64,000 nt of DNA from an uncultured delta proteobacterium (GTDB taxonomy: Bacteria; Desulfobacterota; SM23-61): NCBI GenBank assembly GCA_963712535.1, contig CAVQIK010000019.1:44791-108790 (forward strand). Direction: 5' to 3'. The notes below the pieces were generated by a model. That model saw nothing but the letters and a program-made list of their open reading frames with translations, was not told the DNA's origin and searched no databases. Positions 60,463-64,000 of the stretch are shown one piece after another. Every line of letters starts with the position of its first letter. Positions within the stretch are counted from its first letter, which is position 1. A program made the translations under genes and the position numbers.

Positions 60463-60554
60463 AGGGCAGGGGCCGGTCCCATGCCATCTCAGGCCGTCCA
60501 ATGGATTGTATGGGGCGCGGTGCCCGCGCCCAAAAGCTTACCAAGGAGGGTAAA

Positions 60555-61581
60555 ATGTCGTTCCAGAAATTAGCCGCAGCCATCATCGGTTTCCTGGCAT
60601 GGGGAATATTTCTCTTTCCCTTTTCGCGGCATCGGCCCAGACGAAGCCTGTCGAGTTATCTTACTCGATCTTCTTCCCCGCCCCCCATAAGAACACGGTC
60701 CTGGCCGGGCGAATGGGCCAAAGAAGTCGAGAAGCGGACGAACGGGAAAGTGAAGATCACCCTGTTCCCCGGGGGGACGCTGACCCCGGCTTCCACCTGC
60801 TACGACGGGGTGGTGAAGGGGATCTCGGACATCGGCATGTCGGTCCTGGGCTACACCAAAGGCAAATTTCCCCTGACCGAGGTGATCGACCTCCCGCTGG
60901 GGTACACGAACGGGATGGCCGCCACCCGGCTGATCAATCAGTATTACCAAAAATTCAAACCCAAGGAGTTTGAGGAGGTGAAAGTGCTGTACCTCCACGC
61001 CCACGGCCCCGGAATCCTGCACACCAAGAAAGCAGTGTCCAAGCTCGAGGACCTGAAAGGGCTGAGGATCCGCTGCACCGGGACAGCGGCCAAAGTCGTC
61101 TCGGCCCTGGGGGGAACGCCCGTTTCCCTGCCCATGGGAGAAACCTACGACGCCCTCAACCGGGGCATGGTCGACGGCTCCATGGCCCCCATGGAGTCCC
61201 TGGAAGGCTGGAAATGGGGGGAAGTGGTGAAGTCCACCACCGAGAGCTACGGCTCGGCCTACAGCACGGGGTTTTTCGTGGTGATGAACAAGGAGAAAGT
61301 GGAATGCGCTCCCGGCGGACCTGCAGAAAACGATCGAGAAGATCAACCAGGAGTGGATTGACAAGACCGGGAAAGTGTGGGACGACATCGACAAATCCGG
61401 GAAGGAGTTCAGCCTGAAGCTGGGAAATAAGATCATCCCCCTCTCCAGGGAAGAGAACCAGAGATGGGCCAAGGCGGTCACCCCCGTCCTCGACGATTAC
61501 GTGAAGGCCATGAAGGAAAAGGGCCTGCCCGGCGACGAGGCTTTGAAATTCTGCCTGGATTTTTTGAAGAAGAGCAAATGA
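60555..61581 (+). pseudogene. dctP: TRAP transporter substrate-binding protein (DctP family), frame-disrupted
   Basis: MSFQKLAAAIIGFLAWGIFLFPF | FAASAQTKPVELSYSIFFPAPHKNTVLAG | EWAKEVEKRTNGKVKITLFPGGTL... | WNALPADLQKTIEKINQEWIDKTGKVWDD...FLKKSK*. Three frame changes. Confidence 0.75.
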
Positions 61582-61718
61582 AAAACCATTTTGCAATTTG
61601 GCAGTTTAGCAATATAGAAAAAGACGCTATTTGTCGATTTATACTCACACGGACACTATAGTGAACGTCATAAATGATTTGTTATCGCCAACTCAACTCC
61701 AATGACCTGTGGTCTGCA

Positions 61719-61766
61719 GAAATCCCCCCGCGCCCCCCTTTATTAAAGGGGGGTTGGGGGGATTTC
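61719..61766. repeat. Family P C/G-tract palindrome, singlet (copy 9), located between dctP and dctQ
   Basis: GAAATCCCCCCGCGCCCCCCTTTATTAAAGGGGGGTTGGGGGGATTTC. The left flank carries CACTATAGTGAACGTC (61654-61669), shared with the iorA|iorB copy. Confidence 0.9.
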
Positions 61767-61864
61767 GGGAGATGACTGGGTTGATCCCCCTCGGTTCTCT
61801 ATTAACGTCGACTTACTTCTGTCGTTACCTATAAACACTGACACTCCTTTTTGAAAGGGAGACC

Positions 61865-62347
61865 ATGAACGGTTTCCTGCAGTGGGTCTTCGGTCTCAGC
61901 AAGTGGGCCAACCATGCGGCCGGAGCGACTCTGACGGCGATGATGCTGATCACCGTCGGAGATGTGATCCTGCGGTCTCTCGGAAGCCCCATTGTAGGGA
62001 TTTATGAACTGGTGGCCTTCTCCGGCGCCGTGGTGATCGGCTTTTCCATCCCCTTCACGTCCTGGGTCCGGGGCCATATCTACGTCGACTTTTTCGTGGG
62101 AAAACTGCCCGGGGGGTGCCGGAAAATCATTCACCTGTTGACCCGTTCCCTCGGGATCGGCGTTTTCGGCCTCACCGGCTGGAATTTGATGAAGATGGCC
62201 CAGGACCTCCGGCACTCCGGGGAGGTCTCCCCGACGCTGCACCTGCCTTTTTACCCGGTGGTGTACGGGATCGGGCTGGCTGCCTTCTGGAATCGCTGGT
62301 CCTCGTTGAGCGACATGGTGAAAGTATTCAGGGATCAATATGAATGA
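61865..62347 (+). CDS. dctQ: TRAP transporter small permease (DctQ family)
   Basis: 160 aa with four hydrophobic helices. The stop codon overlaps the dctM ATG at 62340. Confidence 0.75.
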   Translation: MNGFLQWVFGLSKWANHAAGATLTAMMLITVGDVILRSLGSPIVGIYELVAFSGAVVIGFSIPFTSWVRGHIYVDFFVGKLPGGCRKIIHLLTRSLGIGVFGLTGWNLMKMAQDLRHSGEVSPTLHLPFYPVVYGIGLAAFWNRWSSLSDMVKVFRDQYE

Positions 62348-63646
62348 GGTGATGGCGGGGATCTTCGGGATGGCTTTGGTGCTGGTCCTGTTCTTCACCG
62401 GCATCGAGCTGGGGTTTGCCATGGCCGTGGTCGGGTTTCTTGGGCTTCAGCTACGTGGTCTCCGACGAAAGCCGCGCTGAACCTTCTGGCCAAGGATATT
62501 TTCGACGTCTTCTCCTCCTACGGGTTCACGGTCATCCCCCTCTTTATCTTCATGGGGCAGATCGCCTTCAACGCGGGCATCGCCAAGAGGCTCTACGAGA
62601 CCGCCTACAAATTCATCGGCCATATCCCCGGCGGACTGGCCATGGCCACCGTGGGAGGGGCCACGGCTTTCAAGGCCATCTGCGGCTCCTCCCCGGCCAC
62701 GGCAGCCACCTTCGCCAGCGTGGCGGTCCCGGAGATGGACCGGTACGGGTACAGCAAGAAACTCTCCACGGGGATCGTGGCCACCGTGGGGACCCTGGGG
62801 ATTCTCATGCCCCCGAGCGTCACCCTCATCGTCTTCGGGATCATCACCGAGCAGTCCATCGGCAAGCTCTTCCTGGCCGGGCTCATTCCCGGCCTGATGA
62901 TCGCCTTTTTCTTTTTGGTTGATCATCTACGTGTGGTGCCGGATCAACCCGGCCCTGGGCCCCAAAGGTCAAAAGTCCTCCTGGAAGGAGAGGTTGGCCT
63001 CCCTGCCGGAGATGTTGTGGGTCGGAATCATTTTTCTCCTGGTCGATCGGCGGGCTGATGAACGGCTTCTTCACCCCCACCGAGGCGGGCAGCGTGGGCA
63101 CGTTCGCGGTTCTCCTCTTGTCCGTTCTCAAAAAGGACCTGACCTGGAAAGGGTTCGTCAAATCCATCCAGGAGTCCCTGCGCACGGCCTGCATGGTGCT
63201 CATGCTCATCGTCGGCTCCACGATCCTGGGCCATTTCCTGGCGGTCACCAAGATCCCCATGCTCGCCGCCGACTGGATCATCGAGCTGCAATTTCCACCG
63301 CAATTTCACCATGGTCCTCATCGCCCTGATCTACCTCCTGGGCGGATCGTTCATCGACGACCTGGCCTTCATGATCCTGGCTACCCCGATCTTCTACCCG
63401 GTGATCATCAAGCTGGGCTACGACCCGATCTGGTTCGGCATGATCATCGCGATCACCGTCATGATCGGAGTGGTCATCCCGCCGGTGGCCATCAACGTCT
63501 TCGTGGTCAAGAACATCACCAAGGTCCCCTTCGGGGTGATTTATAAGGGTGTGTACCCCTTCCTGATCAGCCTCGTCGTTTGCGCCTTCCTTCTCTTCCT
63601 TTTCCCCTCCATCGCCCTTTTTCTCCCCGCCCGGTTCATGAGGTAA
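62340..63646 (+). pseudogene. dctM: TRAP transporter large permease (DctM family), frame-disrupted
   Basis: Five colinear pieces in different frames: MNEVMAGIFGMALVLVLFFTGIELGFAMAVVGFLG, ...MGQIAFNAGIAKRLY...GILMPPSV..., IIYVWCRINPALGP..., MNGFFTPTEAGSVG... and MVLIALIYLLGGSFIDD...PARFMR*. Confidence 0.8.
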
Positions 63647-63771
63647 GTCATTTCGCCCGGGATTCGGGGCGCCCCGCAGGATGAGGGTTCCCGCGAAAAA
63701 GGAAATCCTGGAACGATTGATTCCGGCCGCCGGTTTATTTGCCTGGGAGCCCGGAAGACGGACCCAGGCGC

Positions 63772-64000
63772 TCATGGGAAGAGAGCTTTCGCCGCGTAGT
63801 AGCCGCACAGCCCGTGAACGCCCCCGCCGGGAGGGGTGGAGAACGAACAGATATAAACGTCCTTTCTCGAAGTCCGGTAGGGAGAAAACGATACCACGGG
63901 CCGGGTATAAAGCTGGAAGAGATCCTGCAGACCGCCGTTGATGTCTCCCCCCACGTAATTGGGGTTGTATCGCTCCATGGCCGCGGGGGAGAGGGCATTT
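63772..64000 (-). CDS. NAD(P)/FAD-dependent oxidoreductase, phytoene desaturase (CrtI)-like family, C-terminal part only (runs off the window)
   Basis: YNPNYVGGDINGG...RP...PYRT...FSTPPGGGVHGLCGYYAAKA is the typical C-terminus of this family. The reading frame stays open to position 64000. Confidence 0.55.
   Translation of the reverse strand, partial: NALSPAAMERYNPNYVGGDINGGLQDLFQLYTRPVVSFSPYRTSRKDVYICSFSTPPGGGVHGLCGYYAAKALFP

Noticed and set aside
5869-61766. Family P palindromes as a CRISPR array
   Set aside because: The copies are 2-15 kb apart, separated by ordinary genes rather than by short uniform spacers. They occur as singlets or doublets of variable form, and no cas genes are present.
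12573-63646. Palindromic repeats between co-directional genes as integron attC sites / gene cassettes
   Set aside because: There is no integrase or attI in the window. The repeats lack the GTTRRRY-type core sites, they do not follow every gene, and many flanked units are multi-gene operons rather than promoterless single cassettes.
30293-63646. Frame changes as programmed ribosomal frameshifting or phase variation
   Set aside because: There are too many (about 36), in unrelated genes, at very short runs (2-4 nt) without slippery heptamers or stimulatory structures. They are often in compensating pairs. That pattern fits indel error or random mutation, not regulation.
1-64000. Defence island, prophage, toxin-antitoxin, secretion system, rRNA/tRNA genes
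   Set aside because: I found no integrase, phage structural, nuclease/helicase, reverse transcriptase, Cas or TA-like ORFs, and no tRNA/rRNA-like sequence, on either strand. Gene content is transport and metabolism throughout.

Overview
GC-rich chromosomal segment that looks like it comes from an anaerobic bacterium. It is almost entirely solute importers and cytoplasmic amide-bond or acyl-CoA enzymes. I call about 57 protein-coding loci. I recognised no rRNA, tRNA, CRISPR array, prophage or known defence genes. Layout: (1) 79-11815, two minus-strand TTT (tctCBA-type) transporter sets flanking an SdhA-like flavoprotein, a truncated SdhB-like 2Fe-2S protein and an M19 dipeptidase. (2) 12573-25202, an amide-hydrolase island (NodB-type deacetylase, C45 Ntn hydrolase, LIV-type ABC set 1, D-aminoacylase, hydantoin-type racemase, CocE/NonD hydrolase, GntR regulator). 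(3) 25238-26125, a degraded ISAzo13-like transposase relic ending in an 85-nt polypurine tract with a G20 run. (4) 26491-45781, M24 creatinase-like peptidase, ABC set 2, cyclic amidohydrolase, creatininase-family protein, then Zn-ADH, GHMP kinase, cupin, UPF0261/Tm-1-like protein, SDR and ABC set 3. (5) 46073-63646, small unknown proteins, then iorAB, a TPR plus YidD-like pair, paaK, an ACT protein, ABC set 4, a second paaK and a TRAP transporter. Two features stand out beyond gene content. First, there is a very high load of structured intergenic repeats: a nested C-tract/G-tract palindrome at 9 loci, two roughly 310-bp foldback families whose stems carry compensatory changes between copies, and at least three further small families. 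Several of these sit inside operons (iorA|iorB, dctP|dctQ). Second, about three dozen frame disruptions are confined to three blocks (1.3-2.8, 30.3-32.8 and 47.8-63.6 kb). All six junctions I resolved by hand lie at short mononucleotide runs, so I suspect consensus indel errors rather than true decay. I found no clear novel system. The best candidates for new biology are the repeat families and the uncharacterised GHMP-kinase/UPF0261 and amide-hydrolase clusters. All functional calls rest on motif and family recognition by eye, with no database search.
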